A DNA stretch of 64,000 nucleotides from Obrimoposthia wandeli (GCA_977020255.1 CDROCS010000014.1:248001-312000); one strand, 5' to 3'; shown: positions 29,161 through 42,710, counted from the stretch's first letter. Made by a program: numbers and translations. Notes: generated from the letters alone by a model not told the origin.

Positions 29161-32100
29161 TGTCATTATTTTCCATGAGCTGTACACTCTGTGGATTCAA
29201 TGATCAATGTCTTACATCCTTAATCAGTTAAGAAACTCATTTATTGTTCATTTATTAGTTATGTAATCATACCAGTTAACAGAGCTTTAATAGCTTAGAA
29301 TGTTGAAAATAAAGTATGCTTCTAAAAGCTAGTAATAGATTTACATTAGACTAGGTAAATAATCTCAGATAGCTTCCGGACAGCAGACATAAGTATTTTT
29401 AAACATGATTGATATTTCACATAAATACTATAAACATAGATTTATTAAACAAAACATAAATTCACATAATCAAGGGTAGATGTTGCAATTTCAATCAGGA
29501 GGCGCGACTGTTCAATAACATATTTCAATAGATCCATATTACGTTGCATTTACATGGACTTGTAAACGGAAGTAATATGTCAGTTTAGCTGTTGAAAGCA
29601 TTTTTTACATCAAAATATACATACACTCGCAAATATGTATGTCAGTCAAAAAGAGAGATTTGTGTCTATAGCATAAACATATCTCTGGTCAAGAGTTATC
29701 AAGAATCACGGATGTATGCAAAGTCAGTTGCATTCATAGAGGTTTGTTTGTTATTGGTATGGTCAAATTGTATAAGTGCGTTTAAAAATTCGACAAAATT
29801 CTTTGTATGAATGAAAATATTATTTATCCATGGTGAGAATTTTTTAGGAAGTCGTGCACCCTCCTCAAAACCCTAGATCAGCCCCTGATAATAAAACTTA
29901 ATAGGGTTTTTAATGATACGTTTATTTGACACAAAATAATTATAGATGCAAAATATTGGGAAATAATTTAATGACTTTAGAAAGTATTATTTAACATAAT
30001 TTAGAACACCAATTAAAGAAGACAATTTTTGATTTTATTAGTATTGCTTACATAAGTTTAAAATGGCATTAAAACATAATTATGGCATATCCACATTCAT
30101 ATAGTTGCTGTTTAATCTTATTCTTTTATTCGGAATCTCTAAAGCAAAACTTTTTGCATTCTGGACATGGAATAGTTTGTAAGAGTCGGGAAAATCAATT
30201 TTATAAAACACTTCCAATTTGTGTTTGATTAAAAGTGACGACAAATTTACATAAACAAACATTAACTGAAATAAAAAAAATTGTAGTTTTGCTATTTTAT
30301 TTATTATCGACACAACTTAAATCGACATTTTAATAATATTATTTTTGCCACTGAGTTATTTTAAAATATGCATCGAGATTAGGCTTGATATCGCTCGTAG
30401 TCAGACGCAAACTATTTTCCAAGTTAAAATCCGATAAACATGTTCTGTATTTATATTCTGTTTGTTTCGTAAAGGAATTTTTTTCTCACATTTATAACTG
30501 CTTCCCAATAATAACATTAGTCTTGCATAAGAAACTAAATTAGTAAATTCTTCATTGTTTAAAGTCAACTTTGTCTTGAGGTCCAGGCGTTCCTTTATTT
30601 TTATCATCTCCTTTCGACACTTTTCTGGGATCTTTTCAATATATTCAAGAGAAAGGTATGGTAAATGTATGCTCTAAAATATTAAGTATACATGATGAGT
30701 ATAACTTTCTGACTTATAATAAGTATTTAATAATTTATATCAAATGGTATTTGTCTAATTTAATTTATCTTCAAAATTGTTTGATCCATTATTAATTAGT
30801 TGAAATAGTTTATATGTTCAGTATATTTTATAAATAGCAATTATATCTAAAATTATTTTATCTACTGTATGGGTATTACTAAAATACAAAGATGTAACAC
30901 TAGTTTATATTTATTAAAGTACAATATACTTGGAACTACTTTTAACACTTTGTATGAATATTCTGCAACTTTTTAATCACAATGCACTTTCATATTAAGA
31001 GCTACGCTTAAACTGATAGACGTTTGTATCATTGGTTGGCGTAGGTTGGTAAAGTAGACTAATGCGACTTTTGCTGCTTGTTTGTAGTTTGAAACATTGT
31101 GCACATTTTAACCGTTAAAATAATATTTAAAAGATGTAAAGGTAAAAAATATCTTCAATCTACAATTTCCAACTTTTAAGAATGAATAAAAACATAACAT
31201 TTACTGATTATAATTTTGTATTTATATGTAATAGCTATTTTTAAAACCTAAAATGTTATTTATACTTCTATTTGGCATATGTACGATATACAATAACTTA
31301 ACAGTAAGAAAATATATCGATACATATGTTAAAAGGTAAAAATAAGCAATATTTTGACATATTGACTATTTATGTTTGCACTATTTAAAATAAAAATGAC
31401 AACAACTTAGACAAAACTGACAACCATAGAACATAAATTTTAGAGCTTAAAATCGATTGAAAGCAACTGAAGTCTGGATACTTTTTACACAACCACTTGA
31501 CGACGAAAAGCAAATCGCTGTCTATTTAAAAAGTAAAATTTAACTTCAAAAATGGCAACAAAAAATCATATTCATTGAATAGTCTAACTGAAAGATTTCA
31601 ATCTATTTCCGTAGAGAAAAAACATGTTGTTGAATACACAGTTTAGACGATGTCAGTAAGTAAATAAGGATGAGATTCGTAAATTATTTGTTTACCATCG
31701 AATCGTTCAATAATTCAAATGTATTCTGTATTTTTTCAAATTAAAATAGTATCGAAACTCAAAAATAATAATTAACACTGCTAACGATTAAATTGTGAAT
31801 TATTTCAAATTAAACTAGTCAGTCATTAAAAAGTTAGATTTACGTTGCAGTATTTTAAATTACATAAAAAATCAATAATATTGTTTTAAATTAATTTCTT
31901 ACAACTTAGACTTTAGAACTTGTATTGCCTTAATAGATTATAACTCATTTTGTTGATTAAACTTTATTCTTACGAGTTTAAAATTAATGTAATACATAGG
32001 AGTATAATTTTATAATATAATCGATTGAATTGTTTTATTCAAACACATGATTCAGGCCAAATAAGCAGCATTCAGATAAAAACGTAATTTTCTCGATTGG

Positions 32101-33849
32101 TTAGTCGTGTGATTATTATTTTATCTACTTTTCAGAGATTTACAAGTTTAGAATTTGACCCTTACATAATGAAAGTCCAAATCATTTTGAATCTCTTTTG
32201 ATTGTAACATATAAAATAATAGCAGTGGTGCAATCAAAACAACGTATTTTGATTACTGTAGATGTCCAGAAATGACTTTAGTTAATTGAGTTAATCCGAT
32301 TTATTCATTGTTTTATGTTTCATGTCCAAATTAACTGAGAAAGTTACAGTTCAACATTTTCATTCAAATGCATTCTATAAATTATGAATTTGTAAGATTT
32401 ATATTATGAAAATTATCTAACCGTCGATGAGCCGATACATAATTTTGAGACGGTGACGTTAAAGAGGCTATTTTAGAGAAAATAACGGCAATGCATATTT
32501 TATTTTTTACGCCATTTCCTCTTTACTCTTGAACAAATATTTGGTAACTGATACGAAGCTAAAAAATCATCTAGTCGAATATTTAGTATATTTCGCAGCT
32601 TTTTATTCATTTAAATATATATTTTTAACGAATTTTTTGGTTCGAAATAAATTTTACTTTCAATTTTTGTGAAACTATTTTATTTTTGTGGTAACTTACC
32701 GAGTGAACAAAATAAATCTGAAATCAGTTGACTTGTGGATGAGGTGACACAAGTCCATTAATTTAATTCTACCATGCTCGGAATTGATTTATTTGCAATA
32801 TGAGAAGAGGGTGGTGTACTATTGCGTTCCTATTAAAATTATGACCGTTCTGATATGATTATAGATTATGCCAATAGAGAGGGTCTGTATCAGAAAACCT
32901 CAATAAAAGTATCAAGAATCATATGGATGATAGAAACAGCAAATATTAATGTATGATAGTCAAAACAATCATTTTAAAGTTACGACAGTTTTCTGTATTA
33001 ATAACTTGTTAAATTTTGAAGTGTAAGTTGGTCCATCACCCGTCGATTTCAAACGTCAGGATTAACCTCGCCATTCTCAAAATTAATGGATGGACAATTT
33101 CCTATGTGCACTACAACATATACCCTCCGGGCTTGTTTATGATGCCAAGTCTGCAAATAAGGGACCATTTTAGTGTGATCTAGTCAGATATTCACACACA
33201 AAATTCTCAGCTATTAATTCCAGATGCTGCTAGGTCAGTCACTAATTCACACCAGCTGTAGCATTTTCAACACAGTCAGCTATGTAACGGCTAAAACCAC
33301 ACAATTCACAATTCAAGCTAGCACTACAGAATTTAACCAGATAAGACCATACATTTACAAAAATTGGACAATAATTTATAATTTTACTGAACTAGAACTT
33401 CATTAATCATCTATTTGATAGTCAGATAAGTTCCCAACATAACTGAATAATTGAAAACTGTAATAAATAACCTTCAAAAGATTGAGAGTTCTGAAATTGG
33501 GAGAATGAATGCTACATGAGCTTAGTGACCAGAACAAATCTCCCTTGCAGATAAAAAGGGCTCGATCATTTTATTTTATCATTTTATCATCTACTCAAAT
33601 AACAAAACAGAGTGTTTCAATATTTCAAATGCATACTCCGAACAATCTACCGATGAATATAAGAAACTGTAACAAGGTTATAAATTCAAAAAGCTGCTGA
33701 AGACTTTACTATTTAGAAAATCTTACGAATAATAATTTCTGCTTTGGAAAACTCGAAGCGTTTTTGAGTAATAAATCATAGATTTAATAGATATTAGCGC
33801 TATATTAAATATATAAAAATAAAAAGCTTAAACCATGGGAATGTAAATA

Positions 33850-34041
33850 CAAAAAAAACAATTTGGCTTTTTTACATCATGCTTAAATGTCATTCTAATT
33901 ATATAAAATTTATAATTTCATTTTTTTAAAACTATTTTTATAGCACTTACACTAAAGTAAAAATTATTTGATGTAAAAAAGCCAAATTGTTTTTTTGTTG
34001 TATAAATTATAAATTTTATATAATTAGAATGACATTTAAGC
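33850..34041. repeat. Two inverted-repeat pairs in non-nested order A-B...A'-B'
   Basis: A 33850-33879 is the reverse complement of 33969-33997; B 33881-33918 is the reverse complement of 34004-34041 (38 nt, exact). Confidence 0.85.
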
Positions 34042-35187
34042 GATATTTAAGGTTAATATTCGAACTTGAACTATCTGTTTTCGACGAAAGAACTAAATCA
34101 CATGAAGATAAAATATCATAGCTATATAATTAATGAAGACTATCAATGATAGTCGAAGGGTTAAATTTCGTATTTTTCAAAAGGGATAAGTTTCAGTACG
34201 CATTTGACTGCTCTTGACTCTTCCAAACACACTGGAAACTGCGATTAGGATGAAACATGAAAATTGAATTCGTTGGAATGTTCGGTAAATGTGTATAAAG
34301 GTTGTCGACGTTCGAGTTTAACATTACAGTTGAAACCTTTTTGACAATCTGAACTTTTTGAGACTATGCGGAAAGGTTTTCCGAACGTTTTCATGAATTT
34401 TACAAACTTTTATCACTGCTTGGAAGAATAAATTAGGCGAATTGGGGCGGTAAATTCTATATATAATCAAGATGAGAGTTTTTAGAAGAGTCAACAGAGT
34501 ACAGGTAAAATAATTTAAATCGGAAATTCTCAATATCGAATGAAATCGAACGAATTTTTAAAAATGTTTGCTAAAACATGAAGATATTCCGGACAAATTT
34601 TATGGTGTTTTTCTTTCCGTATGATGTGATTGTTTTGGTAAAATTCGTTTTCGGAATTTGCTCTTCATTTTCTGAGATTATGGAACAATCGAATGACCGA
34701 ACTAGAAATATTCGTGATTACTTCTCAAAAATGAATACTACGACTTTATATATTTCTAGAAGAACAAGAATTGGACAAAGATGTTACTCCTGATTCGGAA
34801 ATGCTCTACTTAGAGGAAACGGTGAAGATGAAAGTCCGAATATCGCAGCATGTCTTAAGAGAAATGATGATCAACAGAGTAACGACAGAGTTCGACAAAA
34901 CATCAAATCCTCATTTACAATACTCAGTTGCGAGCTCCATCAACTATCGGAATGTATCAAAATTTAAAATTTATTGAGAATTACAAATCAAAAGAAAAAA
35001 TCATTTCTGTTGAAGGAATTCTACAAACGCTGAAAATAATGGATTCATATTTTCACCACCCGTGAGCAATTATAATCTAGAGGCCATAGGAAATTAATAT
35101 ATTATATATTATGTAATATGTCGAATAATCTAATAATCGCTGTTTTTATCAGAAACATTAACTGAAACAAATTTAACTAGAACTCAC

Positions 35188-35346
35188 TGATTAAGATTCT
35201 TAAGTTTTGTCTCGATCAACCGCTGTCGCATACACAGTCGAGTGAATGACGTTCCAATTTCTTTTGTAGCTCCCTGAGTTTCTGTGGCGGTATCGGCAAT
35301 CTTTTGAAACGACTCCCAAAACAGGGAGGAGCACATCAGCACAGTT
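35188..35346 (-). CDS. MTSS1: MTSS1-like coding exon 3 (TVLMCSSLFWESFQKIADTATETQGATKEIGTSFTRLCMRQRLIETKLKNLNQ)
   Basis: gtcag| acceptor and |gtgagt donor; 159 nt, phase 2 to 2. Clear match to the IMD segment FLDAFQKVADMATNTRGGTREIGSALTRMCMRHRSIEAKL. Confidence 0.93.
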
Positions 35347-35383
35347 CTGACAGTTAAAGAAATATAAAAGTATAAAATATTAC

Positions 35384-35445
35384 TTAATTGCATGATGCAA
35401 TTTATTTGATTTTGATAATAAGTCATCCCAAAGCGGTGAACTATT
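35384..35445 (-). CDS. MTSS1: MTSS1-like coding exon 2 (NSSPLWDDLLSKSNKLHHAIK)
   Basis: tttag| acceptor and |gtaata donor; 62 nt, phase 0 to 2. Matches MTSS1 GSYPVWEDFINKAGKLQSQLR. Confidence 0.85.
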
Positions 35446-35488
35446 CTAAATTCATTTCAAACATATTAATATGTATTTACTAAAATAC

Positions 35489-35557
35489 CTTTAAATTTAA
35501 CTGAATCTTACAGAAAAGTGAATTTAGTGAAACTGATTCGGATGTTGAAACATCCAT
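35489..35557 (-). CDS. MTSS1: MTSS1/MIM-like I-BAR protein, coding exon 1 (MDVSTSESVSLNSLFCKIQLNLK)
   Basis: ATG at 35557, 69 nt, ends AAG|gtattt (phase 0). Aligns by eye to the MTSS1 N-terminus MEAVIEKECSALGGLFQTIISDMK. Not in the ORF track. Confidence 0.8.
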
Positions 35558-38500
35558 TGAAAACTATTTCGATTTTAAAATATTTAAAAAAATTAATTGT
35601 TAAATTGAAATATTAATAACTGAATAAATATTTTGAATTATATTATTTAGAATTTGAATATAGTGATTTAACTAAACAAACAGAAATTTTTGTTAAAGTA
35701 CAAATTTTTCTTAATATTCATATACTTATAAATTATCTTAATATATTTCTATTTCAAAATATTGCATTAATTTTTTTCTCATTCCAATAATTTCTGTTAA
35801 AATTTCGTTCAAAATATCGTGTTTATCAAATATTTGAAATTTCTGATTTCGTAACTGAATTATTTATTATTATTTGAATATTTGAATATACATAATTTCT
35901 ATTCTAAAAATGTAGACAATCGTTGACATTCGTTTTTTAATATATTTTTGTAATTTAGGGAAACTTTTAATCTTTTTTTAAAATATATATTTTATCAAAA
36001 TTTTAAGTAAGTAAAATTAATTTTATGTCAAGTTTTCTAAATTAGCATTTGTTCTAAATATTGAAGTTATATGATTAAACTTTTTTATTCAACATTTTAA
36101 CACTAATTATGGCATTGAAATCACTTTTTGATACACTCATTTAAAGGAGTACAACAATTTATAAACTTCTTTAATGTAATATATGTAATTCACTGTGACT
36201 TTTGACGACTTCAAATATGTTGCGTAATTTATTTATAATTATTTTATTACTTTGAAATTTACATTCAAATTACATTGAGTTGCATCAAAGGTGTTCTTTT
36301 AATGTGAATTGACATCGACACGTTTAAAGCATTTCTTAATTCCCAAATAAACTCAAAGTCGTGTATGTACGGGTAAACTGATACTTATATCGATTTAACT
36401 ACATGCTGTTTATCAGGATATTTAGTCTTACCTCTGACGAGCGTTCTCCCCTATATATATATTTGGGATTTTAGAGTGTCATTATTGAGGAGGTTTACCA
36501 AAGTCTTTTAATTTTAAATTATTGAAATGCAGACTTGTAAAAACAAATTAAAATATTTTTAGTGATAAAAAACATGAAACTTAAAAATTTTACAATTATA
36601 TTTTCAATTGAAAAAAATTAATTAGATTGTAAAATACATCATTCATTAACACTTTAAGGATGATTACTTAGAGTAGTGTCGAAAGACTTAATTATAAAAA
36701 TGTTCATTAGCATTTTAAGATAAGTATACTGATTAATACTAAATTTAAATTTTGTTTCCTTTTTTAATAAGTAGTTTCAACTATTATTTTTTGCACATAA
36801 ATATAATAATTTAAGATTTATGAATATCTGAAATTTAGAATTCGAGGTTATGATAATTGAATATATATAAGTCTTATTATTCAAAAGCTCATCCTGTTCA
36901 TCGTCATTCTTCATAAAATTTTCTCAATAGTTGAATCTTCAGCTGCTTCCTGTTTTTTTCATCATTGTTACAGTTTTTTATATTTATTGGTTAATTGTTG
37001 TTAAGATTATGAGCATACATTTCCAATATTTATTCGCTTTGTTTGTTATTTAATAGTTTCTGACCAATCATCATTGCTCTTAAGATGCATATACACGTTC
37101 GATGTATCAGACTCGAGAAGACCATATAAAAAAAAATTATATTAATATTTTCACTAACATGCATGACATCATTTTGTTTTCAATACGGTTTATATTATTC
37201 TTAAATATAAATTTTATAGCCACAGTTTTAATTTCAATCATTTTCAATTGTCTTCCTTTTATGTATATAAGTATTTTATTATTAAGATTTTTCATTTCAG
37301 AAAATGTGTTTTTATACTCATTAGAATCAAAATCAACATAAAGTTGTGTGTCATAAAAGTGACAATAAATATAATATTTCTTTATAATGGCTACAATTGA
37401 CAAATTTAAAAAATAAATTATAGAATAGAACCCTGTATAAACAGTGGGGATCATTATATATCAAAGAACAATATTTCAATTGACCTTCATTAATTTTCTC
37501 TTTTACTCTCAACAATTTAAATTTTTTTAAAACTAATAGTTTCGCAAATCTCTTTATTTGCATTGGTTTTTAAATTATTTTTTTTTAAAATAGTTTATTA
37601 AAAAATAATTTTTAATTATTTCAATCCTTAATTGTTTTCTATATATTTTTGAAAAGTTACTAAAAATTTGCTTTTAAAATATTTTACTCAATATTATATA
37701 AATTTTGTGTTAGCAACTTGAATTCAAAACATTACATAATTTATCCAATTCATATAAGAATAATATAATATTTCAAATTAAAGTATTTTGCAGCAAAAAG
37801 TGTAACATTTATTAAATTTATTGTTAAAATTGTAAGATAAAATTAATATTTTAGCATCTCATTTGAACTTTACATATGGATGGGGTCTCAAACAATTAAG
37901 GAATATTTTGAACTCTCAAAAATTAGTTAAGACACAAAATTATTTTTAAATGTGACACAACTTGATGAATCAAATTATTAATTCAACACTTTGAGATGTA
38001 AGACTTTTATTTATTTATTTACTTTTGTCATACGTAATCAGTTACGCCCACTTTGTAAAATTGCAATAATTTAAATTATCTTAACCCATTATTGCCCACT
38101 ATATTATATCATTTATAATATACGCCATTAATAATTTTCTCAAAAAATTATTTAGTAAGTGAGTTTTAACTCAGATTTAAATTATAACTTTAATTTTGCT
38201 ATATAGATTAATCGTCGATATGCAACAGGATTTGACCTTTCCTGATGACCACTGCCGGGTAAGTACTATGTACTTTACTAGACATTTCATCGATTTGCTG
38301 ACAGTATGGTTCCGTAACTATAACCTACTTTGGGTGTAATAAAAATGTCGAGAATAGTTTGTATTTCCCTGTTTCAGAAAATGAATTAATGAATGCACCT
38401 TTAGAATTAATTAGAATGTTTCAGATTCTAACGGATCAAAAATCGTTTCGGCCTGCCATAGCCTCTTTAGGGAAGCTGCACGTTATCTGACTTTGAGTTG

Positions 38501-40131
38501 AACATTCTCGCGAAGCTAGATATATCAAAATTGGTAGATCTACAACAAGGGATGCTGAAATGCAAAACAAATGGCCTATTTCGTGCCAATCCGATCTGCG
38601 ATCGAAGCGAAAATGATAATGGAGAATGACATAATCCTCTTTGAAGTCGCACAGGTGATGCATAAACGAAGTTGTAATCGTCTATACAGCCCAATCCGAC
38701 AACGACAACAACATCAATCAGCCATTGGTACAGCTATTTATTGTCAGTCTCTGCGGGGTATCGATATTGAGCTACGTGTGGTTTCTGTGTATACATCGGC
38801 CTGCAGTGACGAGGTACAAGTGGTCACGGCTTTGACGAATGCGTTTCTTCCCCTGCTGTCCCTGTGTGTGCTTTTGTGTGCTTTTGTGTGAATCTGTCTC
38901 TGTCACAATTGAAATTTCTATAAATTGTTAGACGATACTATAAATCAAAATTAGCTAATATTGCCTAAGCTTAAATTAAGAAATTTAACTTGGTAGTGCC
39001 AAATATTGTTTGAGAGCAAAAAAAAATGTGGTTGGTATTATATATAATTGAAAAATAGATTTGACAATGTGATATTATTATAAAATGTTTACAAGCTAAA
39101 TTAAATAAATTAATTTTTTTTTAAAAATTGTCTGCCTTAGAATCTAGAGAACAGTAATTTTTATTTATACTTTTTACTTGTTTTCTTTAAACTTTGCAGT
39201 TCAAACTTTTTGTATTTATTGAATATATTTATTAATAATATGGAAGTTATTGATTAGAAACTATCATATTTTAAAATTTATATATTTAATAATGTTACCT
39301 TCAAGCAACAATGGCTTTTGTAGTAAAAATATATTTATTGAATTTCTATAGCTTTTATTATTCATAACATGTGTTAAATGTTATTTTATCTTTGTAAATA
39401 TGAATGGCAAACTTCTCAGAAATGCTTTAAAAAATTAGAATATTTTTTGCTAAATATTGGAGTGAATGAAAGTGGAGAAGAGTCAAATCTCAAACAAAGC
39501 TGCTCATTCTACGAAAATTTAGAATTTATTTTATACCAATCTATTGCATAACAAAGTAAAACTGTAGTGTTCAGTCTAATACCGAATAAACGACCATGAA
39601 TCAAATGTCTAAGTGTTGCAAAAATTCAAATAAAACATATTCTTATTTACAATGCAAAAGGGTCAGAGGAAAGCATTACCTCAATACAACACCAAAACTA
39701 AAACGTGTAAAGTGTAATCACTAATTCCTTCTTGTAGATAACAAAATTTGTTTTACGATTTTCATAATTTATTTTATATTAAAAAAAATTAAAACGGCCT
39801 CTGTTGCTTCAAAGCAAAATCTTGAAGAACATAATTAACAAGGAGTTTATTAACATCATGTGACAGTAGTATATGGTGTCGGTACCCTTTACTGCAAAAC
39901 CAATTTTGAGGTAGTATGCGTGATTTCAAGTCCATTTCAAATATTGCGCTATATCTTACCGTTTAAAACAAAATTAGTAAATGATTTTAAGTTACCAAAG
40001 TCGCAGAGCCTCCTAAGAGGGGAGCCCTTCATCGGAAGACCGGGCAGCATCTTTAGCGAAGAATATATATTTATGTTACTTTGGTTTATAGTAAACCTTT
40101 AACCTTGAAAAAGAAAAATAATATCAATAAA

Positions 40132-40398
40132 TTATTTATTCATATGATTAAAACAAGTAAATTTCAAATCGATGTTTGGTAAAATGTTACCCATTTTGTT
40201 TATGATTGTGTCCACTTTGCAATCAATAGCAATTAACGGTATTAATGTACCTTTTCGTTTTAGAATTACTCTACGTTTACCAGTTTTGCCTTTAGTACTC
40301 ACTAAATCAAGCAAAACCTTTTGATATTTTCTTAGGTTATTTTTATGATTACTGATTTTTACAGTACCTTTTGTAATATTAAACACCACTTCAACCAA
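40132..40398 (-). CDS. Small basic Maverick/adintovirus core-like protein
   Basis: LRKYQKVLLDLV...KRRVILKRKGTLIPLIA resembles the small Polinton ORF motif K-KILVQKGGFLPLL, recalled by eye. ORF starts at TTG in the track. Confidence 0.55.
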   Translation of the reverse strand: MVEVVFNITKGTVKISNHKNNLRKYQKVLLDLVSTKGKTGKRRVILKRKGTLIPLIAIDCKVDTIINKMGNILPNIDLKFTCFNHMNK

Positions 40399-40532
40399 CT
40401 TATCATTAACGAGGGTGAAAATGACTTGAGAATACGTGCTCTTTATATGCCTGGAGACTTGATTAAAGCCTGAAAGTAGGGAAGTGCAGATTTTTATATA
40501 ATATTTAATGAATTAAATTATTACAATATTGC

Positions 40533-40856
40533 TTATAGTTTAATCCATTTACCAACTAGTTTATTTACATGCTTTTTAATTATATTTTTAACCGACTTGT
40601 TATCTGTTTTCTTAACAGGTTTCTCCTTCTTTAATGGTTTCCTTGTTACCGGTTTCCTCTTTACTGCCTTTGCCGATTTCCTTAATGATTCATCGACTAC
40701 TTTACGTTGATGAAGCAATGATTTAATAAGATGTTTAATATGAGCATTCTTCTTTATCATCAACTTGTTATCATTTGCGTGTAATGTATAACTCGGTATC
40801 CATTTTGGTCCAACTCCACTGGGCATTGTTTCTTTCATAAATGACATGATTAACAT
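40533..40856 (-). CDS. Lys-rich hypothetical protein of the Maverick remnant
   Basis: 107-aa ORF; its ATG overlaps the ATPase stop (aaATGttaa), a virus-like coupling; basic C-terminus. Confidence 0.5.
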   Translation of the reverse strand: MLIMSFMKETMPSGVGPKWIPSYTLHANDNKLMIKKNAHIKHLIKSLLHQRKVVDESLRKSAKAVKRKPVTRKPLKKEKPVKKTDNKSVKNIIKKHVNKLVGKWIKL

Positions 40857-41339
40857 TTAGATATGCTTTTCTTTTGTTTATACACAAAATCCTTATTGAA
40901 AATATCGGTTCTCATGCGTAAATCATCTGGACATTCCTTTGTAAAATCTAAAAACAAGTATCCATGAGGGTTTGTCGTAGCATCTTGAAATGCGTCAATC
41001 AAATATTGCTTATTACAAGGGAAAGCTTGACGAGGAACAAAGTTTATAACCGTTTGATCTCTTGGATTCTTAAATAATACCAGATAATGAACATTTAAAT
41101 TCTGAGTACAGTGTTGACCGCCTTAATGAAAAAGATTTTGAGTAATAAAAATCACTGTTACATTCCTATGTCTGGCTATCAAAACCATTAATAAACTGAA
41201 TACCCTTAAATTTATCTAATTCTGTGCGTGTTAGACCAGATTCACCTACACCTCCGTAATGCCAGTATATTCTACCAAAAATTTGATTAAACATGCTTTT
41301 ATTTTGAAGTAATTTAGTTAAAATTTGAAACAGAAAATG
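40850..41339 (-). pseudogene. Polinton/Maverick FtsK-HerA (A32-like) packaging ATPase, truncated and frameshifted
   Basis: LLQNKSMFNQIFGRIYWHYG, then RHRNVTVIFITQNLFH*, NLNVHYLVLFKNPRD and AFQDATTNPHGYLFLDFTKECPDDLRMRTDIF, all diagnostic motifs. Walker A and B segments not found; one in-frame stop and one frameshift. Confidence 0.9.
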
Positions 41340-41547
41340 TTATATACATCATGTTTGAACGATTAATCTTAACGAATTTTTCAAAATCCTTTTCCCATTT
41401 GAAATCTCCATAGACATGGGTGCGATCAATTTCCTTTACATTATCACGAGAAAGTCCATTAAAACTAGAAAAGTATTGATCTCCATTTATTATTCCGTTT
41501 ATAATTTCCTCAACCGTACTATCAACTAATTTATCGTTTTCATCCAT
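41314..41547 (-). CDS. Hypothetical ORF or ORF fragment within the Maverick remnant
   Basis: 77-aa AT-rich ORF packed against the ATPase; no family recognised. Confidence 0.3.
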   Translation of the reverse strand: MDENDKLVDSTVEEIINGIINGDQYFSSFNGLSRDNVKEIDRTHVYGDFKWEKDFEKFVKINRSNMMYITFSVSNFN

Positions 41548-41577
41548 TTATATAAATCATACATTTCAATTGAAATT

Positions 41578-41680
41578 TTACATTTTTACTCTCCGATAAA
41601 CCATGCATCTGCATACTGGACATGAATGTAACATCATCAAATACTACTTCAATATGATTATTTAAACATACTACACATTC
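41578..41680 (-). pseudogene. IAP-type C-terminal RING finger remnant
   Basis: ECVVCLNNHIEVVF, then after a frameshift/deletion LHSCPVCRCMVYRRVKM*. These are the two ends of a C3HC4 RING; the central CGH-C-C part is lost. Confidence 0.65.
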
Positions 41681-42710
41681 GGTTTTTTTTAAAGTATGAA
41701 AGTATATTTTTATATTGTTTTTCAGGTTTCATTTCTAAATAAGATAACTCGCAAATCATTTCAAATTGTGATTTACATTTCACATATTTTTATATTTAAA
41801 AACAGATTTTAATATATTTTGTAAAAAAAACCTTTTCAAATATCTGATTTGGTTCGTATCCATCAACATATCAAATTTCTCTATTGATAAAGTATATTCA
41901 ATAATACAATCTGTTTCAATTTTCTCAATAACATTAGCATCCTAAACTATTTGAATAGCATATATTAGGTAATTTTATATCAATACATATGTTGGGTTAA
42001 ATAATTTATTTTATACATTAATTAATTAAAAAATTAATAAAAATTAATGAATATTTTTTAGTCAATTAAAATTGACATTAACTGAAGTGCCCACAGTCAG
42101 GGAGGTTTTACTTGTCAGCCTCCGACGGGGTGAGCGTCCCGTTTCGCCTTGCCAGGCTCGTCAGGAAGGCGGCAAAAAATGAGACGATTTTTAAAACAAA
42201 GTTTTCTTCTGCCCAACACTTTTGTCGGCGGTTCCTTTTGACTCGAGTGGATTCCAAGCCGATAACGTCAATCCGTGGATGCAGTATCTGCCGGTCACCA
42301 GATTCTTCGCCTCCTCGACATCCTCTTTCACCTTCCTCCTATTCCACAATGTCCATCGTCAGTCCATCTCTGTGTCTGACCTCACTGCACTTTAGCAACT
42401 TTCTCAGTCTCCCTCTGCTGCATCCTGCTGTTGCTACCGCCACTATCGCCTAATATCGCTGCCACTCCTTTTCCCCTCCTCTTGGCGTCCCCATCAGCGG
42501 CATGGATCGATACCGACGGGGATTCTTAATTCCCAAATTTGTGATGTTTCTGCACACACACACCGCGGTCTGTTGTTGATCGCTGTTGGTGTCGGTGTGT
42601 CTCTATAACAGTCGCTGATCTATTCTACTCTTGTGCGCCTGCTATAAAATTAGCACATTTCGACACCAAACAACATTACAGGATTTACTGATTTTAGATT
42701 TAGTTGGAAC

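Noticed and set aside
25500-33700. Numerous 60-100 aa ORFs in AT-rich intron sequence
   Set aside because: Ile/Lys/Phe/Asn-biased, no domains and no splice support; expected by chance.
36431-36449. Possible 19-nt minus-strand micro-exon (ag|GGGAGAACGCTCGTCAGAG|gtaaga)
   Set aside because: Not needed for the coding frame once exons 1-2 were found at 35384-35557; it could be UTR but has no support.
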